Assembly (NCBI GenBank): GCA_004764695.1 | Contig: SMSO01000031.1 | Coordinates: 4,998,436-5,062,435 of the forward strand | Direction: 5' to 3' | DNA length: 64,000 bases | Origin: Schizochytrium sp. TIO01 | Taxonomy: Eukaryota > Protista > Bigyra: Labyrinthulomycetes | In this document: piece after piece, positions 20,901 through 32,175 of the stretch | Layout of the letters: every line of letters begins with the position of its first letter | Numbering within the stretch: position 1 is the stretch's first letter | The notes under the pieces: generated by a model | Databases searched by the model: none | What the model saw: only the letters and a program-made list of their open reading frames with translations | Told to the model about the DNA's origin: nothing | Translations under genes and position numbers: made by a program

Positions 20901-23559
20901 AGCTTCAAACCCAGGTGGTGACCCGTCCAGAACCGTCTATATTGAGTATGGAGACCTCAAGAAATTCGTTCGCTCCGTTACCTTGGCACTTCATCATGCG
21001 GTATACTGGCCATCCACACAAGTAGTTATACCCTACACAGAGGTTAAATTCTTGGTTTTGGGTAGACGGGCTCGAACCGAGGCAGGCGTGATAAGTTTTG
21101 CCAGTGCCGTTCCACTGTACTACTTATATTCACCGCCCATTATGCGCAACGATGATGGCGAGTTGTTATCTGCATCGACCGCTACTTTTACAAAGCCGTT
21201 TTCAGTAGAGTCAAGCTTTTATAAAGATGTCGCTGACAGCAGCGAGAGCTCTTCAACAATTTCTATGGATGCTGGTGCTGGGGACTCTGTGTCTGGTTCA
21301 CTGAGCATTTCCTCCGGTCAGGCTCATGTACAAAGCAACACAACAAACAAGAACAGCGTTGTCACTACTACCACAACAACATACACCTTCGCTCAGACAA
21401 CACACGGGAGCGATGTCATATTATATATGGGAGCAACAGCTGATCTTTCGATTACAAGCACTTTAGATTACCAAGAAACAAGCTGTCGCATTAGTGCGGT
21501 CTCAGACATTGGTTGGCAGAACAAGGCGACCTCTTTAACTATTTCGACTCGTGATGAATGTGAAGCATCTTTGCAGACTATTCTCAAGGTTATTGCAATA
21601 TATGAGAACAGTTCTGATCATCAAAGTCTGGTTGCCGAAGCTAAGGAGGAACGAAATAAGTGGCTAGACTTGTTACGCCACTGGGACACTGATCGTAGAA
21701 ACGCTCTTAATTTCCCTGTTAATCTTACTTCAAGCATTCAGGGAGCAGCGTCAGGGTATGATTCTGACACCAATATTCTTTCCCTGTCTGGTGCTTTAGG
21801 CGATATTACGTTTGAAAAGGCTGCAGTCAATCACACACAGAGTCTTGTAGACTTTCTAACATTTTCCACAAGTGATTCGACAACCTCATCATCTTCTATG
21901 GGTATTAGCTTGGGAGGCTTATCTGTATCCCGAGATACGTCACAAACGTATACCCAAACTTACACGGTCGATAACAATGTCTACTCGGCTATCGGCAACG
22001 AAAACACTATTAGTACTACTCTTGCTTCTGGAGAGGGTAATTCATTGTGTCTTCAAATCTTTGAGTCACCTTTCAGTGGTTCTTTTGTGTATCATGTGTG
22101 TGGTGGGCAAACACGCTGTCCACATATACTCGGAACAGATGCAAGAGAACAGTTCTTTCTCGAGGAAAACCTTGAGGACTCATTGCCGATGACTCTTGAT
22201 ACCGACAGTGGATCATTCTCATTCTACATTAACCTCACGCCTATGCAAGAAGAAGACCTAGAGCTCGATCTTGATATTTCGGTAGATGTTGCCAGTGCTA
22301 CAGGGTACGTGACATATCAGATCGCTGGAAGCCCTGTGAATAAGGACTTAATGTTGTCTGTTTCAAAGAGCACAGCAAGCAATTCAGGACGACATTTGGT
22401 CGCTGTTCAGTACGAGCGACTGGACCCGAAACTACTATCTACTATGGTAACGATTACAGTCACCTCCACGTGCGATGATGCGATTTCGGACTCTCTGCCA
22501 TTCACGTTGAATTGGGAACAGTCCTGCCCTAAACCTCAGTGGGCAGGAAGTCTTACAAATGCGAACGCAACTTGGGTCAGCACTGAGAGCACTCCTACTA
22601 TCAAGGTTGCATACACTTCCGGTTCTCCAAGTACAGGTGAAGTTACCCTTTGGGCTGCTCCGTACAATCCAGTTTCCGGAACTCCAGAAAAAGATGAATT
22701 TGTCCAAGTTGGAGTTCTTTCAGGAACGGAACTTGACTTTGTACCTGAAAAGGCCGGTCTGAATGCAAACAGTCAGTATTTGATTGAGTTAAGATCAAAT
22801 TGTGGTGCACGATCCGACCCACGGCTTGGGATATTTGACAACGCAGGGCCAACTGTTATTGGTTGGGCACCCATAAAGAATGTAACCGCAGCTATGGCTA
22901 GCCAGTCGATTTCAGTGTTTCGTTTCAACGAGCCAATTGATTGTAGCGCCACTGAGCTTGATGTCAGGGTGTCTACGATAGATAGTAAAGAGTATGCGCC
23001 AACGAGTTTCACATGCAGTTCCACTCTCTATGATCTGGACGTGGTTCTCCATTTGAACACCTCTGATTTGATATCTCAATGGAGTGAGAAAGTGGTCCTT
23101 ATACATATGCATGGACTGCAAGATCTCTACGGAAACAAACGAAGTGATTTTGAAACTGTTGTTTCCATCCCCAGTATCAAGTCACGCGCAGAAAGTTCCT
23201 CGATAGAAGGGCTTCCGTCTTGGAGACTGGCTGAAACTGAAGATCTTGGGAATTATGTTTCACAAGTGCGAAGTAGCAAGCTATCTCCAAGTGTATACTT
23301 CACCACGGTACAGTATGCTTCTGATGAGGACTCTTCAAACAATCGTAAGACCAAAGTTATAGCAGCTGTCTTATCTGTTCTTGCGGTGGTTGGTGTTGCT
23401 GTTGCAGGTACTATCCTATATCTTCGCCGGCAGCAAGGTCAAGTCCTCAGCACCAACTTTCGAGTAAGCGCAAGAAAGTCGAGCGAGAATTCTGTTGTTG
23501 CTCACACATCTCTACATATGGATAATTACAATCCAAGATTTGAAGAGGGGGCAGTCTAA
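17932..23559 (+). CDS. Large type I cell-surface protein (1875 aa): signal peptide, PAN/apple domains, Cys-rich (GCC2/ephrin-receptor-like) repeat, beta-rich Ig-like repeats, TM, short tail
   Basis: N-terminal hydrophobic signal. PAN-type pattern SPHECRRSCQRDNNCKVWTMSEGRCY..VIGTRMC. Cys-rich CMGCPKGYKCPQGQLLPCPANSFC. TTDAEG/TTEADG beta motifs. TM VIAAVLSVLAVVGVAVAGTILYL followed by RR, and a tail with NPRF. Confidence 0.88.
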   Translation: MSPCTAFGWALQLFSALALFQICSGLSGIPSQNVYIDSTLGCTRLGSPSNLPSSSATLTTGSANDCRAACLSRWKKSWRRGFSFTTGNQNYNMCSKYYSSATCTYDEPDPERHDKPLTKAWSISPCFDISGTQSVLETTYSGNLGLSHQNWVDSQSFSKHNSGASFYSADFYMSYFKLTQRSSPSLCTHIANPSSTDVDICLSWTYDGSQSSKNCKVFSTPLTSLDALKETVTSTSRISQNMFCTEDEDDSEMAGRIVAIQLSQGCIEENHSFDITNLGFTENMTSPHECRRSCQRDNNCKVWTMSEGRCYHGETKHMASYYSNSTFVIGTRMCPTCFKGFYIPQGLATNSKSDACMGCPKGYKCPQGQLLPCPANSFCGNISTVLEANYGTSSDTRCPIDRSGVGCQHHVCENSRLGKELVAMSFEDPVNFFNDVNKYNMDKVSVKQVIQNVGSDGYGELAIQISFTHSILPDTISNFIGNMEYQGNIIQGVAVNKNNDQCGTYDSWTSSVNIPVPNTAGIGDIVRLQDWEMHWSSNLPFSLDNWFPSVNNPITLDPASIPEADCSHTISFVAQTKISVTPLGSAQGRPFVTIYYTIADDDSILSATTDAEGNVDIEITDTSTLELTSSVTIVAANRSGFEYDVKMCPQDLASCSASNYVSFPQTITLEHLRSYPLAFVDANVLNIQGKMTTLFGVVPCASSGVFVTAIDTSVDPAIVLDSTTTEADGAFSLAVPSTTVSLRFGIAQDLISPSSSALEDERVAELLSESGYVMKETISGLSIQDTRTSTLTLDAAATACGYSIGDLDIKLTVKSCPGISFSRSASGDVDSWDVPSMEYIFDLEFANNDTDLRTAYERLYPNENYREVSLTSGDATVEMIFQPVPTLLTKVDPVKALPFSTCSRGVLPFDHIVEGNSDLAMQVTFQQNFTDNYGVTKTCTKLPEGASVIVSSRLAPEDTNVCEWGSSCSFKVETNNGDSSVTSIRTYVGEASNPGGDPSRTVYIEYGDLKKFVRSVTLALHHAVYWPSTQVVIPYTEVKFLVLGRRARTEAGVISFASAVPLYYLYSPPIMRNDDGELLSASTATFTKPFSVESSFYKDVADSSESSSTISMDAGAGDSVSGSLSISSGQAHVQSNTTNKNSVVTTTTTTYTFAQTTHGSDVILYMGATADLSITSTLDYQETSCRISAVSDIGWQNKATSLTISTRDECEASLQTILKVIAIYENSSDHQSLVAEAKEERNKWLDLLRHWDTDRRNALNFPVNLTSSIQGAASGYDSDTNILSLSGALGDITFEKAAVNHTQSLVDFLTFSTSDSTTSSSSMGISLGGLSVSRDTSQTYTQTYTVDNNVYSAIGNENTISTTLASGEGNSLCLQIFESPFSGSFVYHVCGGQTRCPHILGTDAREQFFLEENLEDSLPMTLDTDSGSFSFYINLTPMQEEDLELDLDISVDVASATGYVTYQIAGSPVNKDLMLSVSKSTASNSGRHLVAVQYERLDPKLLSTMVTITVTSTCDDAISDSLPFTLNWEQSCPKPQWAGSLTNANATWVSTESTPTIKVAYTSGSPSTGEVTLWAAPYNPVSGTPEKDEFVQVGVLSGTELDFVPEKAGLNANSQYLIELRSNCGARSDPRLGIFDNAGPTVIGWAPIKNVTAAMASQSISVFRFNEPIDCSATELDVRVSTIDSKEYAPTSFTCSSTLYDLDVVLHLNTSDLISQWSEKVVLIHMHGLQDLYGNKRSDFETVVSIPSIKSRAESSSIEGLPSWRLAETEDLGNYVSQVRSSKLSPSVYFTTVQYASDEDSSNNRKTKVIAAVLSVLAVVGVAVAGTILYLRRQQGQVLSTNFRVSARKSSENSVVAHTSLHMDNYNPRFEEGAV

Positions 23560-24268
23560 CTGCCTGCTTGACTGAGTGAGCTATATAAATCTGTTCAGGT
23601 AGCAACATTAAATAATTCTAAAATTTGTTTCAAGTTACATCAATATACTAGTTTCCAGACTTGACATGACGAATCGAAGCCCTTGTTTTGATCTCTCTTC
23701 TGTTTTCTTTTGGCATTTTCAAAGGGGGGAAAACAATTATCTCAAAACCATGTATCTCCCTGCTATCTATCACTCGTGTTCTCCTTTTGAGCATTTCCTT
23801 TTCTATGTCTGCAAAACAATCATTACTAGAATTCTGGTACCCCAACTTCAACAGGTTATCACTCGAACTCCCCATTTCTGCACCAGTGATCATGTCTCTT
23901 GCACACAAATACACATCACAATCCCTGAAATCTTCAACCTATATTTCTCGATAGCTGTATGACAAATCGCTCCCAATGTACTAGAAAAGGTCCAACTAAC
24001 GGCAGTTAACTTTAGCACACACTTCAAACGCCAATCTTAACGCCCTAATAATAATAATTTCATCTCACTGGCATTCCTTAACCTATTAGGCTTTGATGAG
24101 AAAGACCCAGAATATCCACCAGCAAGAACTCCTGATCAATGTCCAGATAACTATTGGCATCCTCCGCGCTCTTTAAGTGACGCCAAGCTCGTGCGCACAG
24201 ACGGAGGGTCATTACTGGTCGGCAGTGTAATCACTTCATAAACAGTTCCTGGACGATCTCACTTCAAC

Positions 24269-25066
24269 ATGAAGATATTGGCCACGGCGAAGATGCTAGC
24301 AGCGTTGGGGATGCTTGCGACCGTCCACGCAGTAACAGTGGTCTGTAACTTTGAGCCACTCTCTGGGGAGTTCGTGCTACGAAGTCCATCTTCTGGAGGC
24401 GTTAGTAGCAGCGGAAGGCCGCTCGAGCCAGGTCTGGACGTGGTCTCGAGGCTCTCCAAAGACGACTGGGACCACGAAGGAGCAGCTTGGCGGAGGCAAA
24501 GTCGTGGTGAAGGCCAATTGGGCTCCACGAAAGGTATTCTCGACCGGAACTTGCAGCAAGGTGCGGGAGCTCGATCCCATAAAGCCGCAGGAAATCAACA
24601 GTCGGGAACTGCAAAGGATAAAGAGTCTGTCAAGGGCTCCGCGAGTGGAACAAAATCCACTGCAAAACCTGCTGCTAAACCGGTCCTTTCCCAGAAGTTG
24701 AGAACGAGGTTTGAGCGAAGCAGTGTTAGAATTCCGCCAGAGGTACCCGAGGAAAGTGATGTTTGGGCAAGCGGGAACGGCGACGTAATCTTCGCTCGTG
24801 TAGCGTCAACAATGAGAGGCAAGACTGGAAGCAAACTCCAATACAAGTGGATTGAGTACCACGCTGGGGTCTACTTTGCTACTTTTGAGGAAGCTAAAAT
24901 CTTGCAAGTACCGGAGCTCCGTGCACTTCTTTGGGACCCTTCACGAAACATGTGGATTACCTTGGACACGGACGAAGCTCGATTTGTATGGCAGGAAAAA
25001 CCTGCTGACATTCACGATCGATTACCAAGCTCTCTGTTGAAGGGTGCTTTTCTCACACCAACCTGA
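24269..25066 (+). CDS. Hypothetical protein (265 aa), possible signal peptide
   Basis: ATG-initiated 265-codon ORF with a hydrophobic N-terminus (MLAALGMLATVHA), a low-complexity G/S/K linker and a Trp-rich globular-looking C-terminus. No family recognised. Confidence 0.5.
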   Translation: MKILATAKMLAALGMLATVHAVTVVCNFEPLSGEFVLRSPSSGGVSSSGRPLEPGLDVVSRLSKDDWDHEGAAWRRQSRGEGQLGSTKGILDRNLQQGAGARSHKAAGNQQSGTAKDKESVKGSASGTKSTAKPAAKPVLSQKLRTRFERSSVRIPPEVPEESDVWASGNGDVIFARVASTMRGKTGSKLQYKWIEYHAGVYFATFEEAKILQVPELRALLWDPSRNMWITLDTDEARFVWQEKPADIHDRLPSSLLKGAFLTPT

Positions 25067-28000
25067 ACCGTGTCATCTAGTGTACAGCCATACGTGTTCA
25101 ATTGCTGACCTCTTCGCTCATCTTTCGTTCTACTTCATCATTCAATCTTTTATTTGGAGGACTTATGAGGTTGTATAACAACATTGACAGAGGGTCGATC
25201 TTCAAGCGAGTAAGCCATATATTGGCAATATGTAAATGATGAATTGTATCCTTACGCTTGAGATGCGCGAGTTGCGAAAGCAATTCCAAAGAAGACACTG
25301 GTGTAGGTGTATCTTCTCTATTTGAGCTGAAGGCAACGTTAACTATGCAAAGGTCACTTTTAAAAAGTCCATGTATCTGCACAACTCAAGTTGTCAAAGA
25401 TTGGCACTCTCTCTTGTCAGAAGCTACTCTTAACAATCCTTTACGAGGGTCAAAATTCAAGTCAAATCATATCACCCATGGGTTCGTTCGTAGTTAGATA
25501 CAGAGAGAGAACTTTCAGAATACTATCCAAGTTGATATCTAGCGAATCCCCTCATCATCATAAATCTCTCATTCAAAGTCTCAACGACTTTGATCGCCAA
25601 AGGTTGCAGTGCAACGAAAGTAGAGATAACCACACGCCGATACAACCATTATGTATGGTTTTTGTCTATGTTCTCCTCACTCAAGATTATCACGAAGGTG
25701 ACATTGACAACAACATACTGCAACCATCAGCTACTGTGGGTTTCTAACTTATAAACGGATTCCCAGCATTCATACCTTTGGCTTGATGTTCTTATCGAGC
25801 AATGGCGTACGCAAAACCTGCCACAGGCAGCATGATTCAAAGTTAATAAATTAAGTAAGGCATGTCTTTATAGTATATAACATTTTAAAAGCAAACGACA
25901 AATCCAACAAGTGGTCGTACTTCACTCTTCAATGGAATCCGCTACACACCCTTCTCTTCTCCCTATATGTGAATCTGCCTGATTCACACTATTAAGTACC
26001 TACCTAGGATATATGAGACCGCTGTACAATGCAATTCAGCCTTCGCGCCACCCATCGCAGTGCAGGTGGTGCTCACGCAAGTAGAAAACTCAGCTCCACA
26101 CTCAGAACCACGATTAATACATGATCTCGAAAACTCTTTGAAAAGCCAAGAACGGCAATACTTATTCACCCACTGTGCTGACAAATACGCTTTTCGAGCA
26201 TCGCTGCAACCTTACCCGATAGCTCTTTCTAGTACCAGTGCTACTTCCATGAGTCCTGACTGAGCAAGAAAGACTGGAAACACGCTGTGGAAGACAACGC
26301 GTGCGAGAAGATGAAGCACACACACTCGTCAACCAAAATACCGATAAACTATCCATCATTGATCATTCACTATGATGAGATTCTCCAGTTACTCTGGCTC
26401 ATGGCTCGTGGTTCAGGGCTCTTGCATTACTGAAGGACTCGGCTGTAAAATAGATTTAAGCTCGGATCAACGTGAGAGACCTGTGGAGGGCGTTCAACTT
26501 GCTCCTGCCATTGTCGAATACGTGGGCTACTCGAGGTGTGTAGAAGAAGCCTCATCTTAAGCGACGGGCTTGGCTTTGGCAATCCAGCACGAAGGTGGAC
26601 TTTTAGACATCCTCAATCCAAAGTCTCTGGATCCTGAGTCAGGAGACAGTATACGTACTGGTCCAGTTGTACTTAGTATCTGGAGGTGTCTTGAACGTGT
26701 GACACGAGTTTCGAGCTTACGTCAACACCAACGAGTCATAGTTGGCTATCAAAGAGAGAACTCGGAGGGCCCGACCTCATCATTTGCACATCGGCATAGC
26801 ATAAGTGGCGCAACGCCGCAGAGTTCGCGACTCCTTGCTACAAGAACTAGCGTATCGGAAACAATGACCACCTTTGGCACTGACACTGGACCATAATAAG
26901 GCATAAACTTTATCATTACAGAAAACCTGATATGACTAGATGCATCATCAATATATGCATGTCAAAAAGGTACCACCACAAAATTGCACTTGTGCACGCG
27001 CTTTAGTTCCCCTAGTTCCCTGCTGGTCTTTTCCTCCTGAGAGGGAAACTCTTGAAAGGAATATCTGAAGCTGTGGGAGATATTGAAGGAGGTGTGAGGG
27101 AGGATTTCACTGTCTGGTTCCCGTTCTCCTCTCAAATCAATTAAGCACTTACCTTGGTTTGTAACTAAAGTAGAAAATTTGTCAGGAGTGTGGGGGAAAA
27201 GTTACAGCATATACAGTGAAGGAGACCTTTCAGAATGGAGCATATTTGCCAGTGTAGTAAAGAGAGGAGGTCACTGAAAATACGTCCAGACTAGTTCTTA
27301 TGAGGGGAGCACCGGCTTCTGTCTCCAAGTCTGCTTTTGTAATTTTCTTTTGTTCTTGTTTATTCATAAAATTGGAGGTGTGCTCAGCAACAAGTGACCA
27401 AACACAGAACCTTGAACTATTATTGGCCCCATAGCTCGTACAGTTGATTTCAGAACGAGCCTTCTCTTGTTCTTTGAGCTGGAAAACGAAAAGGTGCCAG
27501 CACAAGCTGGCTTGAGGCCTTACTGGCATATAGCAAGCGGAGCGGAGTGTTCTTTTATTTAGGCTATATTTATGATGTTTTTTTTAATTTTTTTTTTTAA
27601 ATTTAAATTTAAAGTGAAATAAATAAATGTAATGTTAAAAAATTAAAAAAAGAAGGGCTTGAGGAAAGTACCAAAAACATTTTTCCTAATTTTAGTCTTT
27701 CTTCAAGTTTTCATCCCATCCCAGTGAAAAGAAGCAACATATGAGTGATTGACACCGCGCTGAGAAGCACAGTGGCGTCAACACTCTCATTGAGAGACCA
27801 GAGCTAGCTTTAGGTATGCTTTTTATTGACAAAAACTACAGTAACCAATTATTGAACACATGTATTTCAAGGCGGGGAAGTTTGGGATCATCCTCAAGTT
27901 TTAGGGACTTCGTTAAAAGCAGACTTCGAAATGCAATGCAGCAGTCGATCAATGTCTCATTCATTCACAATCAATCGGCAAGCGGCTCGAGACATTCTGC

Positions 28001-28999
28001 ACGTTATCAAAGAGTTTTGGTCGGTCTCAGGAGATGGCACGACTTTAAATAGAACTCCTGTTTTGGCACTCGCCATAAGTACAAGGTGTTTGGCCGATCG
28101 ATGTCTGCACAAGTAAATTGCAGTAGGTAGGAGCGTTGATGAGTAGATTCGCTCGAACCCGCTCATGAGCTGGGGGTGGCGTTGATAAGGGTGGCGGTGC
28201 CAGGTAGCACGCATGAATTCACACCACAAACCAAAGAACTTGAGTATGAGATCAACGGGAAAGTATAATAAACTCGCAAATGACCTGCCATGAGTCACAG
28301 GTATCCACGAGTGCGGCGAGTTCAAGATAAGACACCATGAAACCTGCAGAAAGAGATGGCATCAATTGGAGGGTTTCTCCCGGATCTTGTTTTTGCACAC
28401 CATCGAGTCTTACCAAATCGCATGAAGGTTCTACCGGCAATGCTAATTTTAAGGTTATAAATAAAATATAGAAAAGATGATGACTTTACTATGCAATAAA
28501 GAAAAGTGAGACTTTTGTTTTAGTTTTAACTGATGTTTTATAATGTTGCTTTTAATTTTTTTATTTTCTGTTAGTCTCGTGGTACAGACTACTCTAAGTA
28601 CTTACCTAAGCTCTTCATAGTTAGGGGAATGAAAAAGAAAAAGAGGTGCAAAGGATGAATGTGATAAGTTGCCGATTGTGAATGAAATAGTAATCAATCG
28701 ATCAACCCCTTGCGAGTCCAGTTCCGCTTTCGAGGGGTGGCCACGGTTGGCGGAGGCGCAGAGGCGTCAACGGCAGGTGCCACGGCGTTGATAAGACTCA
28801 ACGCAGGGGAACTGGGTACTGCCGCGGCGCGTGCCAACGTTTGCGGTTTGTTCGGCTCAAGAAGCACTTGCCAAAAGTTGTTCAATTTTGGCGGTGTTCC
28901 GTCGTGAGGCGTTTCCATAGTACTTGGGCTGCGAAGCGTGCCGAGGTCTTCGTCAGGGCCAGTCCAAGGACTCCTGCGAAAGAACACTGCTAGGCAAAG

Positions 29000-30388
29000 A
29001 TGACGGACTGCACCCAATATGGAGATTTGGATGACGTTGTAGGCGGTGACAATAGCACGCTAGAGGCGATTGTTTGTAATGGAACGTTTATGGAGGAATG
29101 CCTTGATGCCTGTCAGCAGGAGGAGTGCACAGACACAGGCACCACTGCTGGAGACTTGGCGTATACGATCATTATCCAAATTCTGTTGTTTCTTCTTGTG
29201 TGCGGACTTGCAGGGTCTGTAGGTAAGTTATTTAAAGTTAGAGGATGATTTTATAGGTGAGGTGTACATGTAGATCCCGAGTTTTGCAAATCCATCATGC
29301 AATATGCACGAGAAACTAACCAACCCCCTCTTCATTAATTTTTTGTTCTTTAAATTTTTCGTGAACTTTATCTGAAAACAGACTTTGACCACTTCTACGA
29401 GCGGTTTCGATCCCGCGGTGTGTATATTGGTCTACTCTGCCAGTTTTTTCTGATGCCGCTGATTGGTTTCATCGTTGTAGCCATTTTTCACGATGAGTTT
29501 GAGCCGTTGTATGCTGTTGCTCTTCTCATTATTTGTGCCTCGCCCGGCGGATCTTACAGCAACTGGTGGTGTAATTTGGTCAATTTAGATCTTGCAATCT
29601 CTGTGGCCATGACCACAGTCAGCACAATTACCAGTGCTTTTATGCTTCCGCTTAATGTGTTGCTCTATGTTGAGCTTGGTTATAAGCGTCTCGACCCGGA
29701 TAATGCACAGGACATTATCGATTTGCTGCCTTATACTACGATCGCATACACATTGGCTAATGTTATCGTTGCTGTCATCCTTGGGCTTTACTTTGGCTAT
29801 AAATTTCCTGAACGCATGAAGCTGGTCAACCTGATCGGGACAATTGCTGGATTCGTTTCCATTATCCTCGGTGTTGTAGCTAGTTCTACAAGTTGCGCTG
29901 AGCCATGGAATCAACAACCTTATGTCTACTATGGCACTTTGTTGCCTGTCGTTCTTGGTATCACTCTCTCGATGGCCTTGTCTTGGCTTGCAAGGCTCCC
30001 CCAGCCTCAGTGTGGTGCAGTGGCTATTGAAACAGCATACCAAAACTCAAGTATTTCTCTCGCAGTTGCACTCTCTCTCGGTCCACAAGGTCGTGCAGCA
30101 TCTATTATCCCAGTAGCATATGGTGCCTGGGAAGCTGTTGTGTTCGGATGCTATGCCTTCTCGATGTGGTACTTTGGGTGGACATTGTCTCCTCCTGATG
30201 AAAAACTCTGGGTTATCCTGGTGAACAGTTATCAAGATAGAATTGAGACTGATCCTCGCTATGAGGGTCACAGAGGTCACAACTTGAGAAAGAAAGATAA
30301 GGATAAAGACCCACGTTCTTCAACTGCTCAAGTTTCTGTCGAGACAACAATGCCCAAACTATCCGCGGATGATGACTCCAAAAAGTAA
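29000..30388 (+). CDS. Bile acid:Na+ symporter (BASS/SLC10/SBF) family transporter, ~409 aa; exons 29000-29222 and 29382-30388
   Basis: Motifs GLLCQFFLMPLIGF, CASPGGSYSNWW, DLAISVAMTTVST and AVAIETAYQNSSI. Intron G|GTAAGT...ACTAAC...AAACAG|AC joins the frames (GSVD-FDHF). Confidence 0.92.
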
Positions 30389-31797
30389 CACTATTCTCAC
30401 ATTTTCCCGCTCCCTATTTTCCTTTTTTGCTTAGCTTAACGTTGTTGAATTTACTACTATATACTCTGTTTATGTATCTCGCTAATCCTTGGACTCGGGT
30501 TAGTACTACTTGAACGGCAAGTCAAGCTAAAGATGTTCTCTAAGCTGCTTAAATTCAGCTGTGGAGGCATATCTGCTTTGGACGTGCTTCGTTTTTGTAA
30601 AAAAACAAAAGAAAAAAGAAAAACATGCCAGCGATTTATACCCAGTAAAAAGCGATCACTATTTCTTGGATTCACAATGTACTTCTCGTTGCACGGCTCT
30701 TCTTAAGTTAACGATATATCTATAGTTACGAGTTTGGCTTCATTGCAACACAAATCAGTATTTTTAAAATGCAGTGTGGACGCCTTGGTCGTCTTCTTTG
30801 TTTCGCTGTAGTAGGTACGGTAGGTTCTGTTATTGTGACCAGAGAAAAGAAAAGAGTTTCTTACAAGTACGATAGGTAGGTAATGGGGTAAGAAATCAGG
30901 CCAATATATCTCAGAACTTTGAATATGAAAGCAGTTCTTTCCATATGTGATTCGCCTTTTATTTCTATGTCAAGGAATTCTGGTTGCTTGTGGCAAACAC
31001 TAAGCCAAACCGCCAGCCTTCCATTTTAGTTCGGGACATACTGTGAGATAAACGGTAAAACTTGCCTGAAGCCAATTTCAACCACACATTGGGTTCCTTG
31101 GGTACTAGGCAGGCAGTAGCCTACCTACCACTACCTGGTTTCGAATTGGGTGGAGTATGAAATTCGTTGTGACTGCAGCAGTCCTCCAACTCAGTATCAG
31201 CACATTCCAATGGGGGGCAACGTGGTCGGCGCGAGGCACTCCAAGCCCAGCCAAGGTGGGATCCGCGTTGCTTTGTCAAGTCTAAGAGTGCAGTATTTGA
31301 TTCTGGGCGATGAGGAGCACCGCATCGTTGTTGACGATGGCCAGGACCACTTTGTATGAATTTTGGGTGAGCAAAGGGTCTAAAGAGGCGATGTGGTGTC
31401 GGTGCCTTACAAATTGATGTGCCCCGCGGATGAATTGATAATGTCAATAGTAGTGGATCATAAGTTGAAACTCAGTTCTTCCTTCGGGTGGCCTCTTTTG
31501 TAGGGTGCTGCGAGTGAAGCACAGTGGAAAGAAAGTGGTTGAGTCTTTTCATAGTGCCGACCTCACGGAACGTCTGCCATGGGCGTTTTATTTTGTTGTA
31601 TTCAATAGCTTATGTTGCATGCGATTTTTCCTACCCTGGTGGGCAAAGCAGATCCCTCGATCGTGATTATACTCGGCTTGTTGTTTCGCAGTTTGCTTTT
31701 CTTTAGGGGCTATGAATTGCTTCTCGCGTCTTCCTATGGGCCTCCATAGAACCTGTCCAGTCATTAGGATCACCCACGCATCACCGCGTCCCCTCTC

Positions 31798-32175
31798 ATG
31801 GCCAACACGCCATCTCTCATCTTTCTTATGGCTGCACACGCCATCTCGGCTACACACGCCACCTCGGCTACACACGCCACCTCGGCTACACACGCCACCT
31901 CGGCTACAAACGCCAACTCGGCTACAAACGCCATCTCTTATCTTCCACATGGCTGCACACGCCATCTCGGCAACACACGCCACCTCGGCTACAAACGCCA
32001 CCTCGGCTACAAACGCCACCTCGGCTACAAACGCCATCTCTTATCTTCCACATGGCTGCACACGCCATCTCGGCTACACACGCCACCTCGGCTACACACG
32101 CCATCTCTTATCTTCCACATGGCTACACACGCCATCTCGGCTGCACACGCCATCTCGGCTACATACGCCATCTCT
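31798..32175. repeat. Minisatellite, 18-bp unit CGGCTACA(C/A)ACGCCA(C/T)CT, with higher-order punctuation by CTTATCTTCCACATGG
   Basis: Many near-identical 18-mers in blocks separated by a recurring spacer. This produces the LHTPPR/ATHATS/GVCSRG pseudo-ORFs in the track. Confidence 0.92.

Noticed and set aside
31798-32175. CRISPR-like array, or repeat proteins (LHTPPR/ATHATS/GVCSRG ORFs)
   Set aside because: The units are contiguous with no unique spacers and there are no cas genes. The ORFs appear in several frames on both strands simply because the 18-bp unit lacks stops.
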